This document shows, in pieces, positions 27,661-43,406 of a stretch of DNA of 64,000 nt. The position numbers and the translations under genes are program-made. The notes under the pieces are model-generated. The model had not been told where the DNA came from. It did not search any database and was given only the letters and a program-made list of their open reading frames with translations. Positions within the stretch are counted from its first letter, which is position 1. Every line of letters begins with the position of its first letter. Source of the stretch: Eledone cirrhosa (taxonomy: Eukaryota); NCBI GenBank assembly GCA_964016885.1, contig OZ024747.1:44454001-44518000 (forward strand), written 5' to 3'.

Positions 27661-29371
27661 TGCCCTATATATATATGTATATATATATAGAGAGAGAGAG
27701 ACAGAGAGAGAGACAGAGAGAGAGAGTTTATTTCCAGCTTCCTAATTACATACACTGTATTACAGTTCATTAATGAAAAATTTGCAGGGATTTACAAAAA
27801 TTATTAATTATATGAATATATGGCAATTCTAATATTGAATTATATAGGAATGAATCAATGCAAGGATTTTCCTGAACTATGGTTAACTCTTTCCTTACAA
27901 TATTTCTAATGGAAGAAATTACCAAGAGTTTTCAAATTATTTTGAAAATAATCAAGAATTTAGATAGATTTAGTATTATAACAAACTTTCCCGTTCTTTA
28001 GCTGGTCTTTCAAGCATGACTTAACCTATTAGTATTTACATTACTCTATATATACTATTATATTTTCATGGTAAAGGCTTTACCTCACATAATATCGAAT
28101 CTATGAGAATTTGATGTTATTTATTTTGAGAACAATACCTTAATGTAGGTATGCGCAGCCAGTTTCAGCCAGTTTGAACAGAAAGAGGTAAGAGAATTCT
28201 GGCCAGATACGGCCAGTTTAAATTCTAAAGGTTTAAAATAGGTTCTTACATAAAAATTATGATGGAAGGTTTTCAAATAAAAATAAATACTTTAAAATAA
28301 ATAGTTTTATATTGTAGAACCAGGGACAGTTACAAGCAGTTTGGTAGCAAATATGAAACTTTGTTGTAAAATGTTGGTTGTATTTATTTTTAAATGGAAT
28401 GCCCCAACTGATAAAATCATATCTTTAATAGATTAAGAATCCTAATTATTATTCAAAATGCATACACAGATAGTTGTTTGCTTGCAAAGAAAACAGACAT
28501 TAAACAATTATGATGGTGTTGATGATGATGATGATTAAGTGCTGAGATCGTTTGAGGTTTTCATTAATCTAGAACCAGTAAAGTAAATGCTACTCATATA
28601 TTTGGGCCTATTACATTAACCCTTTTCTATATTTCTAATGAAATACACTGTCATTGATTTTGAATTATCTTTAAAATATTCAAAGATTCTGAGAGTTTTA
28701 ATAAAACATTCTAACTTTTTCATTAACTTGATAACATTTTTCTTACGTAAAATTGTAATGGAATGTTTAAACACCTTAGAACAAACTGCTTTGTATTATA
28801 AAACAAGGGGACATTTCAGGTAGTTTGCTATCAGAAAGTTTAATTACACCAATTCCTAAGCCAGATCAGAGGAATATAGGAAGAGCGGTTGACACAGCTT
28901 TATAGTTTTGAGAGGGTCTATTGTCTTCGGTTCTAGTTCTGTTATTTTGTTCTGTTGTAAGCACATCATATACTTTAACCCTTTAGTATTTACCTAACTC
29001 TATATATATACTATTATATTTTCATGATAAAGGCTTTACCTCACATAATTATCTCACATAATATCGAATCTATGAGATATTGCTATTATTTATTTTGAGA
29101 ACAATACCTGAACATTAGTTACAGCCGGTTTGAACATACAGAAGTGTCAGAATTTTAACCGGATATGGCCAGTTTAAATGCTAAAGGGTTAATTGTATAT
29201 AGCCATAACATTATGTACCCTACATGTATATAACCATAACATCATTTACTCAACATGCATATACCCATAACATTATGTACCCTACATGTATACACCCATA
29301 ACCCATTCATAAATCATATTTATTTAGTACTAATTAATATAATAATTAATGATCAGTTAGAAATGGAACCT

Positions 29372-29988
29372 ATATTTCACATCTCACCTGGGCCTATTAC
29401 CAGCTCTGGAGGGTTATATATAACATCTGGTTGGGTCCTTTATCAGCTGAGAGGAGGGGAGCTATATATCACACCTGGCCTGAGTTCATTACCAGCTTTG
29501 AAGGCCTACATTTCACATGTTGCCTGGGTTAATTACCAGTTCTGAAGGCCTACATTTCACATCTGGTTTATGCCTACTACCAGCTTTAGGGGTCTACATT
29601 TCACATCTGGCCTGAGCCAGTTACCAGCTTTGGAGGCCTACATTTCACATCTAGCCTGCGTCTATTACCAGCTTTGAAGGCCCACATTTCACATCTGGCC
29701 TCACCCAGTTACCAGCTTTGAAGGCCTACATTTCACATCTAGCCTGGGCCTATTACCAGCTTTGAAGGCCCACATTTCACATCTGGCCTGGGTCTATTAC
29801 CAGCTTTGAAGGCCCACATTTCACATCTGGCCTCACCCAGTTACCAGCTTTGGAGGCCTACATTTCACATCTAGCCTGGGCCTATTACCAGCTTTGAAGG
29901 CCTACATTTCACATCTGGCCTGGGCCTATTACCAGCTTTGAAGGCCTACATTTCACACAACTAGCCTGGGTCTATTATCAGCTTTGCA
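29372..29988. repeat. 44-bp minisatellite with a relict cluster at about 30470-30640
   Basis: taccagctttgaaggcctacatttcacatctggcctgggcctat; taccagc recurs at 29710, 29754, 29798 and 29842. Confidence 0.95.
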
Positions 29989-30794
29989 AAGACCTGCCCA
30001 CTCTACTTATGAAATATGAATTTGAATTTGATAAGAAATCTAGTGTAACAATGTAACTATTCATATAACTCCAAGTTACTAACTTATATATAATAGGTAC
30101 ATATATAAATTCAGTACAAACTCATCATCATCACTGTTTAACATCTATTTTCCATGGTTGCATGGGTTAGATGGGTTGTCATGTTAGGAGACTAGACTGG
30201 CCAGGTGACCACAATTACCCCATACATTCAATTTTTGGCAAGGTGTTGCTACAACTGGATACTCTTCCTAATGAGAAAGTTAGTTAGATTGCTAAATCCC
30301 TCCTAATTTTTGATTATTTTCAAAATTATTTGAAAACTATAGGCAGCATCAACCATAATAAGTACGGTAATGAAATGGTTGATTACACCATATACGCTAT
30401 ATGTATAACCAATACATGAATCCTGTGTATCTAGCACTAGTTACTAAAATACCTTATGAGTAGTTTTAAATGGGACCTACATATTATATCTGACCAGGGC
30501 CTTTCCCAGCTTTAGGGGTCTACATTTTACATCTGGTCTGAGCCTATTGCCAGCTTTAGGGGTCTACATTTTACATCTGAACTGAACCTATTGCCAGCTC
30601 TGGAAGCTAATATTTTACACATGACCTGAGCCTATTACCTACCATGCACTGACCTGCAGATCACATCCAGGTGTATGCCACAGAGATGTATATATGTATG
30701 TACAAAGAAGGTAGTCTTTGTGTGTGTGTGTGTGTAGGCACACACATATATTTATAAACCTACATAGATACATACACACACATGTATATGTATA

Positions 30795-30845
<51 letters not shown>

Positions 30846-30934
30846 CAAGTTTGTATGCGTGCATGTGCACAAAAGAAAAACATACATGCCTCTGCATAAA
30901 AATATATGCATACATAAAAACACACAGTCCACGC

Positions 30935-31148
30935 TGTAATGTGGCCGTGTAGGTAACACGGTCAAAACCTCCCAGTCCACACTGTAAACATGGTTGGTGT
31001 TACGAAGGGCATCCAGCCATAGAAAACCTGCCAGACAGTCCGACACGAGCGAGGCGACCAATCTTGCCTCAAGTGGGACAATTCCCGTCTAAACCCATGC
31101 TAGCGTGGAAGATAGACGATAGACGTTAAACGATGATGATGATGATAA
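30935..31148 (+). mobile_element. RTE-tailed SINE fragment, close copy of 11582-11745
   Basis: Shared gaaaacctgccaga...ccaatcttgcctc...gtgggacaattcccgtctaaacc..tgctagcgtggaagatagac. Similar tails at about 1-45, 4570-4640, 21380-21422, 54455-54640 and 56940-57045. Confidence 0.8.
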
Positions 31149-31713
31149 TACACATATGTGCACATTATACACAATTACATACATCTTGGAATATGTATAA
31201 ATAAATACACACTAAGACCCATAGAAAACATATATTTGCCTGTATATTCAAGTAAATAAGCATACATATATAGATATACTAGTATATATACAGTTAGGAG
31301 TAAATGCACTCACATTTACAGAAAATTATAGATACAAAAGTACTTCACATCCACAACACATCATACACAAATGCACACATATATGTGATACCAAGGCATG
31401 AAGCTTTAACTCATGATGAAGTCATAGGGGTGTCATCTTCAACATTTAAACCTGGTGGAGCCCATCCTTCACATATATATATATCAAGTTTTTGAATATT
31501 TCCTATAGTTTTATGCAAAACTATACGACTATTGCATTATAGTTTTGAATAGAGTGCTCCTAATAAATTGTTTTAGTCATTGAATATTTAATTTTGCTTT
31601 ATATATATATATATAAAGCAAAATTAAACATTCAATGACTACAACAATTTATTATATATATATATATATATATAATAAGGGTTGACGGACCCAGCATATT
31701 TATCAATGCCAGT

Positions 31714-31774
<61 letters not shown>

Positions 31775-31940
31775 GAGAGAAAGAGAGAGAGAGAGCGAGA
31801 GAGAGAGAGAGAGAGAGAGATCCTTAAAATATTGTGTAATCATTCTTTTAAAATAAGTTTTCATTCTAAAAATTATGTAACAGAGAAGCATTACATGGTT
31901 ATGATTATTATATATAAAAATATGTATACAACAAGAGTGT

Positions 31941-32167
31941 TAACCCTTTACCATTCACATTACTCTATATATACTATTATATTTTCATGGTAAAGGCTTT
32001 ACCTCACATAATTATCTCACATAATATCGAATCTATGAGATTTTGAAAGTATTTATTTTGAGAACAATACCTTAACATCAGTTTGAGTGACCAGTTACAG
32101 CCAGTTTCAACAGAAAGAGGTAGAGAATTCTGGCCAGTTTTGGCCGGTTTAAACATTAAAGGGTTAA
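31941..32167. mobile_element. piggyBac-type MITE family B (about 220 bp), representative copy
   Basis: TTAA-CCCTTTA...TAAAGGG-TTAA termini. Copies at about 26242-26454, 28021-28236 and 28976-29192. Confidence 0.85.
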
Positions 32168-34062
32168 AGCTATTTACCCTGCCAAAGCAGGAGTTAGATT
32201 TGCAAGGGACCTATTATATATTTCATACTCATTACAAAGTCCCTTTTTAGACCATGTTTTACAATCAGCTAACGTTACTGGGATTGATCCCTTTTTTTTT
32301 GTCATCCCTTACATTATGTGTAACTACTATTCTAAACTAGATACACACAAGAGTAAAAAAAAATATGTATATGGAACACAAGTAGAATAAATATGTAAAT
32401 GGAATTTACTATTATAAGGGACTTTACACAACACTAGATAGATATAAAAGTAATGTTTTACTGATAAATATATAACAGATATTTGAGTTTGGTAGAACAT
32501 AATAAAAAATAGAAAGGAATATAGATTACTTACCAGGTAATAATTCTCATTAGTATGATATTATATTTTTCAAGATATATATTTTAAATATTTTTTGGGG
32601 ACTGTGGCAATTCCTGATATTTATTTTTTTTTTTTTTTGTTACTCTTTTATTAGTTTGAGTTTTCAGGCAGTGGTCATCCTAGATTTGCTGTTACATTTT
32701 ATTTGTAAATTTGGTTTATTTTTTACTTTCAATATTTTTCTCTCTTTTTTTTTTTCTTTTTTTTCGTTTTTCTTTTTTCGAGGGGGTGGGATTTATTTTT
32801 ACACAATAGAAATTTGTGATTATTTTTGTATTAAAAGCAGAAAAAAAACTGAAAATCTTTAAAACTTTATGAAAACATGAATAAAATAAATGTTAACCTG
32901 TAGACAATCACAACATGAATATTATGTGATGTTACCTTTCTATTAATTAGGTTCAAAATTGATGGGAAAGAGATTCTTTTTTAATTAGAGGTAAACATGT
33001 AAAACCTTTAAGATATTAACCCTTTTGTTGCCATAATTCAAATAAAATTCACAGACTATGGTTTTCAAATAATTATGAAAAAAGTCAAGAATTTGGGGGA
33101 ACTAACTTTTTCATTATTAAACTGGCATTTGAAGCATAACTTAAAAGTTCTTACACAAACTTATGATGAGAGTTTTAGATAAATAAACACCTTTAAAGAG
33201 GAGAAGTTTCAAACAGAAGAAGTTTCAAATAGTTTGGTATCAAAAGATATTAACAAACTTTCCTGTCTAATTTGATTAATTTCACTAAAACGTCACATAT
33301 CACCTACTTCTATTTTTTTAAATGATTGTTTAGAAATCAGAAACATACACAAAATAATTTAAAATACTTTTTAAAATAATGTTCAGCTTCTAACAATATC
33401 TTTTTTCATTTTTCATAGAAATATTTAAATATTTAAATATTTAAATTGATCCAGAAATTTTTTATATAAATGTTTATAAAGTTGAAGGTTTATTTTTAAA
33501 AAAGATGAAACAACACAATATCTAGCTGATTACAAAACCATGTCTAGGATTTTCTCTTTCTTTTATGAATAGGAAATGTTTAACAGATCTATCTTTCAAA
33601 CTAGAATTTATATCCAGAGGTGTGTGGTACACACATATATGTAACTTTTGAAGGAAACATATGTCTTTTGTTAGATAGATATTGGCTCCTTTTTTGACAG
33701 AAATTTAGTGAAATAAACAATAAAATAGAAATACTAAGAAATAGATTTACGAGGAGATTTTTAAAAGAAGTTTTATAATCTGAGTAATTTTTCACTGTTC
33801 AATATTTATTCATCACCTAAACAAGAGGTGGGACCAAAACATGCAAAAGTGAGTTTGTAAAACTTTCTCTCAGAATATTATAAGTAATTCAGATTATTTT
33901 GTTTAACAAAAATCTAGGACCATATCTATCTGAAACACTTTTAATGGAACCATTTGATACATATAAGCTTGTTTTTTTCAAAGTGATAAAATATATATAA
34001 ATTATATATATATATACATATATATCTATATACACATACATATATATATATATACACACATA

Positions 34063-34340
34063 TGAGAGAGAGGAGACTGCGATGGTATGGACATGTGATG
34101 CGCATGGAGGATGACCGATGGGTGAAGAAGTGCCAAGAAATCCCAGTTGAAGGAAGCCACAGTAGAGGAAGACCATGAAAAACATGGGCGGAGGTGGTGA
34201 GAGCAGACCTCAGATCACTGAAGCTCACAGAGGAGATGGCGAAGGACCGTGACAAGTGGGGAGATGCTGAATAGGACCCGTCCCACCGTTGCAAGCAGGG
34301 AAAAGTGGACGTAAAATGATGATGATGATGATGATGATGA

Positions 34341-34343
<3 letters not shown>
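34063..34343 (+). mobile_element. RTE-clade LINE 3' end with (TGA)n tail
   Basis: ERRLRWYGHVMRMEDDRWVKKCQEIPVEGSHSRGRP*KTWAEVVRADL...AKDRDKW. The same tail recurs at about 53110-53190. Confidence 0.9.
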
Positions 34344-34397
<54 letters not shown>

Positions 34398-34454
34398 TAT
34401 ACAGATCTATATATGTACATATATACACACACAATATATACATACATACATACA

Positions 34455-34491
<37 letters not shown>

Positions 34492-34560
34492 GGGAGGGGG
34501 GGTCATATTTGTGTAATATTGCCAGAATTAATAACAGAACACACTCATATGCATGTGTGT

Positions 34561-34612
<52 letters not shown>

Positions 34613-34956
34613 TGGCTGAATGAAACAAAACAAAACACAGGAATGTAAAATTACACAGTAATATTAGGTTCATGCTTGGAGGAAAGTTCGGATAAGAAGA
34701 GAACAGATGGACGTATGAGTAGTGTGATGCCTATTTTTTCAGATATATATTTTATATGGTAATAAAGTGAAATCAGAAAAATATATTTTTAAACATCACC
34801 TGATGAAAAGTAAAATTTCCTATTATTTACATTGACTACACTGCATTCCTAGATGGCATATCTAACACGTGCTGAGAGTTTATTGAGTATACTAAAAATT
34901 CACATATGAAATGTGAGCTTTTAGATACCGTATCCCTCTTTTGATACACAAAAAAG

Positions 34957-35008
<52 letters not shown>

Positions 35009-35696
35009 AAAAACATTTTATACATATATATCTATATATCAATATATATATATATAGATATAACACACACACATTGGAAAAATTCAGTATGCATTACTAT
35101 CAATAACTGTCGCAAATTATACAAGCTATCCAATTGTTCTTTCATAAAAATTTGTAAACAACTACATACACGAGCATGCACTGCTAGTCAATACGCATGC
35201 ACTGCAACTAATGTACAGGCATGAGGATACAACACATACCAGCACATGATAAATAAATAAATAAACTTCCAACTGAAGATAGTTCTACTGTCTTACGGCA
35301 CTATTTCTTATGAAAGCATAAGTTTTAACCCTTTTTTTTATACCAAACCACCTGAAACCACCCTTAGTTCTATGATACAAACGTATTTGACTAAAAATAT
35401 ATCATCAGAATTTTGTGTCAAGAGCCTTACTGGGTTATGCTAGAAACACCAGGTATGTAATGAGAAAGTTAGGTATATTACTAACTCACTTCCAAATTCT
35501 TTGAAAATCATAGGCAGTGACTTTTATTAGAAATATGTTAACGAAATGGTTAACATTGAAAACTATTAGAAATTTATAATTTAATAGAGGACATTTCTTG
35601 AACGAATATTATAAATAGAATAACCGGTCTGGTCTCAGCATGCGACAGCTGTCTAACCATGCAAGCATGGAAAATAAACATTAAACAGTGATGATA

Positions 35697-35729
<33 letters not shown>

Positions 35730-35743
35730 CACACACACACACA

Positions 35744-35788
<45 letters not shown>

Positions 35789-36583
35789 TATTATATATAT
35801 ATAATTTCAAATGGAAGAGGAGAAATCCGAGAAAGAGAGAGAGATAAATAGCTTGAGATTGGAAGTTGTTAGAAAGATGTGAAACTGAAAATGAAAGTTG
35901 AAATCTTTCTCCTAAGTTATTCGGGGGTTTTCTTTCACATGTTTTTTTTACTAAACATATTCAGTTAGTTAACTTTCACGTTTTCATTATATTAATTTTG
36001 ACCAGCCATACAATGATAATATATAACACAGTTAACTAATGACAAGGACTATAGAACTCTTAGTTGATTGCTACATTCAAAACTTCACGCACAATTAATT
36101 TGTACTACTACTAATATGACATTTAAAAATATTACAAATAAATATTTTATGAAAATACTTAAATTGTTTCAGACAAAACGAATTAATAAAGAAATAATTT
36201 AAATAAATAAAATGACATTAATTAATAAATAAAACAGAAAGTTTCACATTCAAAATAACAGAATGTAAACGGTTGTTTTTATAAGATTTTAATTATTGCA
36301 ATTAACATCAGAAACTAAAAATAGTTTTGATAAGGAAAAATAAATCTACAGTATACATACATATATATGTGTATATATATACTAATAAGGAAATAGAAGT
36401 TTATGTTTAAAGTTTATAAGTTATCAGAAATGAATCAAACTTAGGTGGTTGTAGCAGCTAATGTGACATATACGAGAAAATAATTTGGTAATGAAAACAG
36501 AAGAGATAAGATTTTAGAAATTTCATTAAATTTCTTATAATCAGTGTAAAGTGAAAATAATACAGAGCTAAACATTTGGTGTT

Positions 36584-36960
36584 ACTTACATGAAGGTGAA
36601 GAATAGAGAGTTAACTATAGTAGCCATCCATCGCCAGTTCTACCAGTGTGAGCATGTCAACAATGTGCAATCAATAGAGACCAAGCAGGCAGCGGAGGTG
36701 GAATCTATGCAAATCCACAGATACTAATAACCAAGGCAGAGATAAGACGGTTGTTGTCTCCACTATGGTGCTAGTAGTTGTGTGTGCAAGTGGGATATAT
36801 AGGTAGTCCACCGTTTATGGACAACTTGTATGCTAAAGCCGGTAGTAGCGGTGGTGATGAAGATGCTGGTGGTAGTCGGCTATGACGGAGGAGAAGAGGA
36901 GGACAATATGAATGAGGAGGAGGAAGCTAAGACATAGAAATGAATGCACTCCCTGTGCTT
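36584..36960 (-). other. GC/CpG-enriched unique island; candidate 5' exon ending in a consensus donor
   Basis: About eight CpGs in otherwise CpG-poor DNA. Minus strand reads ttcaccttcat|GTAAGT at 36590/36589. No recognisable protein. Confidence 0.35.
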
Positions 36961-37503
36961 GACATTAGTAGGACTGCATAGCAGTTCTAAAACTATAAGC
37001 AACCTATGACAGCTCACAGGATAATGCATCAAGCTTATATGAATATCTTAATTGTAAGTCACCAGTAAAAAGCTAAGTGAAATATATTTTTATTTGAAAA
37101 TATTTTAACTAATAGAAACAAAGTAAAGCTAACTAGGAAATACATATTCATAACTTTACTAACTTAGAAAGAAATTAATAATAAAGAAACAAAGAAATAT
37201 CTAATAACTTAACTACAAAGGAATTTTATTTTTACTTCAGCAAATCTATTTTTTCATCTTCATTCCTTAGCACTGTTATTTCCCCAAAAAAACTCTTCTC
37301 TAGGAGGAGTAATAAACAAATAAACAAAATGATATTCAAAGATTAACACACTCTAGATAGATAGATACTCACTGAGATGGGGGGGGGGGGGGGTAGATAG
37401 AGAGAAAACACAGAGGATAAGGAAAAGAGAGAAAGATAAAGAGAGAACAGGAAATTATATATGCATATATGTGTGTATGAATGTGTGTGTGTAAATAAGT
37501 GTC

Positions 37504-37558
<55 letters not shown>

Positions 37559-38661
37559 TATATGTGTGTGTATATAAAGTAAGTAGTAAAATGAAAAACA
37601 TTTCTACACTAAATATATGTAGTGAGAGAGACACACACACACATACAAATTTTTGAATGTGTATGTGTGTATATGTATACATGACAAGTGATAAGGTATA
37701 TAGTACAATATCAATTTCAGCCTACTTAATTATAGAGTAATATAATTAATGAATCTTACCAAAATCACAAGGTCAGTAATGATTTTTCTGGTACCTTGGA
37801 AATGACAATTTCAAATGCAAAGATTTTTGGTAGCTTTTTCTTAACTTTATCTCTGTTTGATGTGGAATGTTAAAACTTTCAGATAAATTGCTGAATCAGG
37901 AATGGTTGATTGTGAGATAGATCTTTAAACTGTGTATGTGTGTTCGGATGTGTGAAAGTAATAGGACCAATGAAAGTTGCACATAGATAAAATTCCTTTG
38001 TTTTGAATGATGGAAATGTAAGTATATGCTTATAGATTTCAATTGAAGTAGGAAATAAAAGGAAAATAAATAAAATAAAATGACAAAATTTTGTAATTTT
38101 TTTATTCTAAGATACGTGCAGCTATTTCAAAGACACGGTGTTCTAAATAAAATGAGCAACAATTGTTTGACAATTACAACTTTAATATCAACCTTTTAAA
38201 AAAGATAGTAATGTCTTTAGACTTAGATATTAATTTCAATTCTTTATTTATGAAAGAAATAGATATATATGTGATATATCATGATCGTAATTATTAAATA
38301 ATATTGGATATTATTAATGATTATAAAATGACTGATGGTTATTAAACTATAGAATAACTTCAATATATATATATATATATATATATACATCAGTGTTTGT
38401 GTGTATCTGTGTATGTGTGTGCGTTATCTTCTATCAATTATACATAAATAGTTTTAATAAATGACACTCTATTTTAACATGAAGTTATATATTTAATAAA
38501 ATCATCAATAATTATCTTCTAATTGTCATTTCTCTTCCTCCCCCTCTCTCTATCTATCTCACCCTCTCTCCTCTCTAGATACAAATACATACACACATAC
38601 ACACATATATCTATACAGATATATATATACATAGATACATGTATATATATATATAAATATA

Positions 38662-38800
38662 TAACGAAGGAATTGTGGTAAGGAACCAGATGGACCATAA
38701 TGCACCAGAGTACTCAATACTTAGGGTAGTAGAGTGGGTAATAGGAAAAGGTATGACCCCGACGGCAGAGCTCAAGCCGTTTCGACGGCTAATTCTGGAC
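38662..38800 (-). mobile_element. Family F1 copy, not folded back, truncated at the same hairpin
   Basis: Closely similar to 17377-17510; ends at ggctaattctggac; flanked by (TA)n. Confidence 0.75.
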
Positions 38801-38854
38801 TATATATATAAATATATATATGTATATACATATATATATATATACATATATATG

Positions 38855-38974
<120 letters not shown>

Positions 38975-39012
38975 ATATATAAGATCAAAAGATGGTTAAA
39001 AGAGTTCCATGT

Positions 39013-39080
39013 ATTTTATTATGCGCATTTCAAAAACAAATATCATGATGCAATAACATTGCGTTTTCGTCAGATAAAAT
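39013..39080 (-). ncRNA. Type I hammerhead ribozyme motif
   Basis: AUUUUAU-CUGACGA-AAAC...GUUUUU-GAAA-U-GCGC-A-UA-AUAAAAU. Perfect 7-bp stem I, palindromic GCGC loop III, imperfect stem II. Confidence 0.7.
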
Positions 39081-39211
39081 AGGGAGGCATGATATGAGGG
39101 TTAAAACACACTTGTGAATAGTGCAGTTTTATACTCCAGTCCTACAAATTGTAGAGTGCTTCTTATCCGATATCTGCATTGCTTTATTTTACTACAATAA
39201 AACTCACCTCC

Positions 39212-39299
<88 letters not shown>

Positions 39300-39574
39300 C
39301 ATATATATGTATATACATATATATATATATTACATTCACAGTTATGGATGTCATGATTGAGATAATCTCGAACATATACATGTATATGTATAATATATAC
39401 ACATATATAATATATACATATATATATAATATATACATATATACACATATATATAATATATACATACATATATATATAATATATACATACATATATATAT
39501 AATATACACATATATATATACATATACATATATTTATATAATACATATACATATATATATACATACATATATAT

Positions 39575-39606
<32 letters not shown>

Positions 39607-40751
39607 CAACAGTACAAAAAAGAATCATTAAACTCTTAGGATAGGTTTTGTCTTCAAAATACGTAAATTGAAATTTAATCCAATCTAACTTATTAATAAA
39701 CTGCCTCAATGGCAAATTGAAGATGAATTATTTTATAACTGGACAATAAACTATACATTATTTATTGATTTTATAAAGATATTTTTTATATATATTTGTG
39801 AGTTATGAAGAAAAAAGTACAGGATGACAAAAATACAACTATATAATTGCAAATTCATTTATCTTGCCATGAATATAAAATGTAAAAGGATCTAGCTGGA
39901 TCTATATGTTTTAACCCTTAATGGACTCTACCACTTTAAACTGCATATGTATGAGAATCTTAGAAAGTACAAAACAGCACTATCATTGCATCATGTTAAA
40001 AACTTTACTCCAACGTTGTAAATATTCACAACAATCTACCCCCAGATAAAGATACTACAAACATTTGAAATAACAATTCTGTTTTTAGATATTGCTTATT
40101 AATTGATGTTAAGCTTTAAAAAACAAAAACAATATCTAGACTCATACAGGTTGTTGCAAATGTATGTGAGCAAGTGTATATAAATATATATATATAAGTA
40201 TGTTGGTGTAGATATGTATACAAATATATATAAATATATATCTGTGTGTATATATATATGTATATATATACATATGTGTGTGTATATATATATATATATA
40301 TAATGAAAACAGTTCTATACAGATCATGTTGTATGAAAATGATTTAAAAGAAAGGGTTTGACAAGTGCAGCTGGTATATATATATATAAAGGATCTTTAT
40401 AACATGTACAAAAATAAATGTTAAAATTGATCAATTTTTTTACATTATAAAGATCCTTCATATATATATGTATATATACTATATGTGCTTTTCAAAGCCC
40501 TTTTTTATCTCACTCTCTCTCTCTCTGAATATATATATATTTGTGTGTGTGTGTGTTTGCTTCTCTAAATTTGTTATGTTTTTTTATTACGTAGATACTT
40601 GCATCTGAATTATTACTTGTATATATATGTTTCTGTATGTATATACACACACACACGCACATATATATATATACATATATATGTATATATATATATACAC
40701 ACATATAAGCATGCATACATATATATATATACAATTTATATATATATAAAC

Positions 40752-40830
<79 letters not shown>

Positions 40831-41014
40831 ATAATAATAAATTTGAAGACTAAAATCCAAAGAAGGCTCGATAAGGATAAATATATATCAAATATATAAG
40901 AGCACTGGAGCAAACTTTAAGCTGTTATTTTAATAAATAAATATATATGCATATATATACACACACATATAAAGACACACATATGTATACATATATATTA
41001 TATATATATATATA

Positions 41015-41048
<34 letters not shown>

Positions 41049-41274
41049 CACACGCATATATATGTATGCGTGTTTATATGTGTGTGTATATATATATATA
41101 TATATGCATGTGTGTGTGTGTGTGTGTGTGTACTAGTGAGCACTGGGTTCAATCGATGATAACCGCAGTAAGTGAAGTACTCAATACATTAGTAGATTAT
41201 ATATAAAATTTAATATAGAAATGGCTTATACAGGACTAAATCTTTTTCATTCATAAGAAATAATCAAGAAAGCC

Positions 41275-41285
41275 CATATATATAT

Positions 41286-41354
<69 letters not shown>

Positions 41355-41457
41355 ATATATATATTATATCTATATCTATATATATATACACATATATATA
41401 TATAAATATAGAAACATATATATACATACACGTATACACATATATTTATATATATAT

Positions 41458-41500
<43 letters not shown>

Positions 41501-41765
41501 TATTCATATATATATATACATACATATATATATACATATATATATACATATATATTCATATATATATATACATACATACATATATATTCATATATATATA
41601 TATACATACATATATATATACATATACATTTATATATTTATATATACATTTATATATACATATACATGTATATATACATATATATGCATATATATACATA
41701 TATATATATATATATACATATATACATATATATATATAGATTTATATATATACAAATATATATAC

Positions 41766-41796
<31 letters not shown>

Positions 41797-42156
41797 CACA
41801 TATATATACACACACATAGTATATATATATACATATACACACACATATATATATATATACACACATATATATATATATATATACATACATATATATATAT
41901 ATACATTTGCACATACCTATATATACACACACACGCATATATATATATACACACACATATACACATATACATATACACATACCTATATATACACACACAC
42001 ACATATATATATATACACACATACCTATATATATACACACACACATACATATATATATGGAATACTGTTGGCTTATTGCTCACAATAATTTCTATACTTT
42101 TCATTTATATATATATATATATACATACATATATACATATATATATACATACATGT

Positions 42157-42212
<56 letters not shown>

Positions 42213-42314
42213 TGGCTGCCAACTCGTTTTCGAGTACGGCCACTACTTTATATCCATGTAGGAGAACCCCTACCGATGCGCTGAACATACATACATACAT
42301 ACATATATATATAC

Positions 42315-42345
<31 letters not shown>

Positions 42346-42366
42346 CATACATACATACATGCATAC

Positions 42367-42399
<33 letters not shown>

Positions 42400-42424
42400 A
42401 ATACATATATACATACATATATAT

Positions 42425-42455
<31 letters not shown>

Positions 42456-42581
42456 CACAGACATATGTATGTGTATATGTACATTTGCGTATATAGATGT
42501 GTGTGTGTACATATATATATAAATAAAAATATAAATATATACGTATATATTGTGTAGATGGGTGTGATTGCGTCTACGTAC

Positions 42582-42626
<45 letters not shown>

Positions 42627-42635
42627 TATACATAT

Positions 42636-42688
<53 letters not shown>

Positions 42689-42709
42689 TATACATATACA
42701 TATATATAC

Positions 42710-42740
<31 letters not shown>

Positions 42741-42741
42741 C

Positions 42742-42782
<41 letters not shown>

Positions 42783-42857
42783 TATACATATATATACATA
42801 TATATACATATATATATATATATATACATATATATACATATATATACATATATATAC

Positions 42858-42898
<41 letters not shown>

Positions 42899-42986
42899 TA
42901 TACATATATATATACATATATATATACATATACATATATATATATATATATATACATACATATATATATATATATACATACACATA

Positions 42987-43024
<38 letters not shown>

Positions 43025-43160
43025 CATATATCCTCATCATCATCATCATCACCGTTATTTTCCTGTCCGCTTCAAAAACAATAATGATAATGTTGATGAA
43101 ACATACATATATGTTTATTTATACATACGTATGTATGTACATATATTAGTTTGAGGTGTG

Positions 43161-43228
<68 letters not shown>

Positions 43229-43231
43229 ATG

Positions 43232-43269
<38 letters not shown>

Positions 43270-43270
43270 T
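41275..43270. repeat. Large compound (TA)n/(TACA)n microsatellite field (one of many; others at about 21.2-24, 38.8-39.6, 47.8-49.2 and 52.4-54.5 kb)
   Basis: Seen directly; source of the YIYI pseudo-ORFs. Confidence 0.98.
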
Positions 43271-43406
43271 ACATTATGAAAGCAAAAAATTCAATTTGAA
43301 ATGATATTCTAAAGCTCTATAAAAAGCTGTCAATGAACTGTTGACATGACGACATATTTGAGGCTGTAGAATTATAATTACAAATTAAATCCAAGATGGC
43401 TAAATT

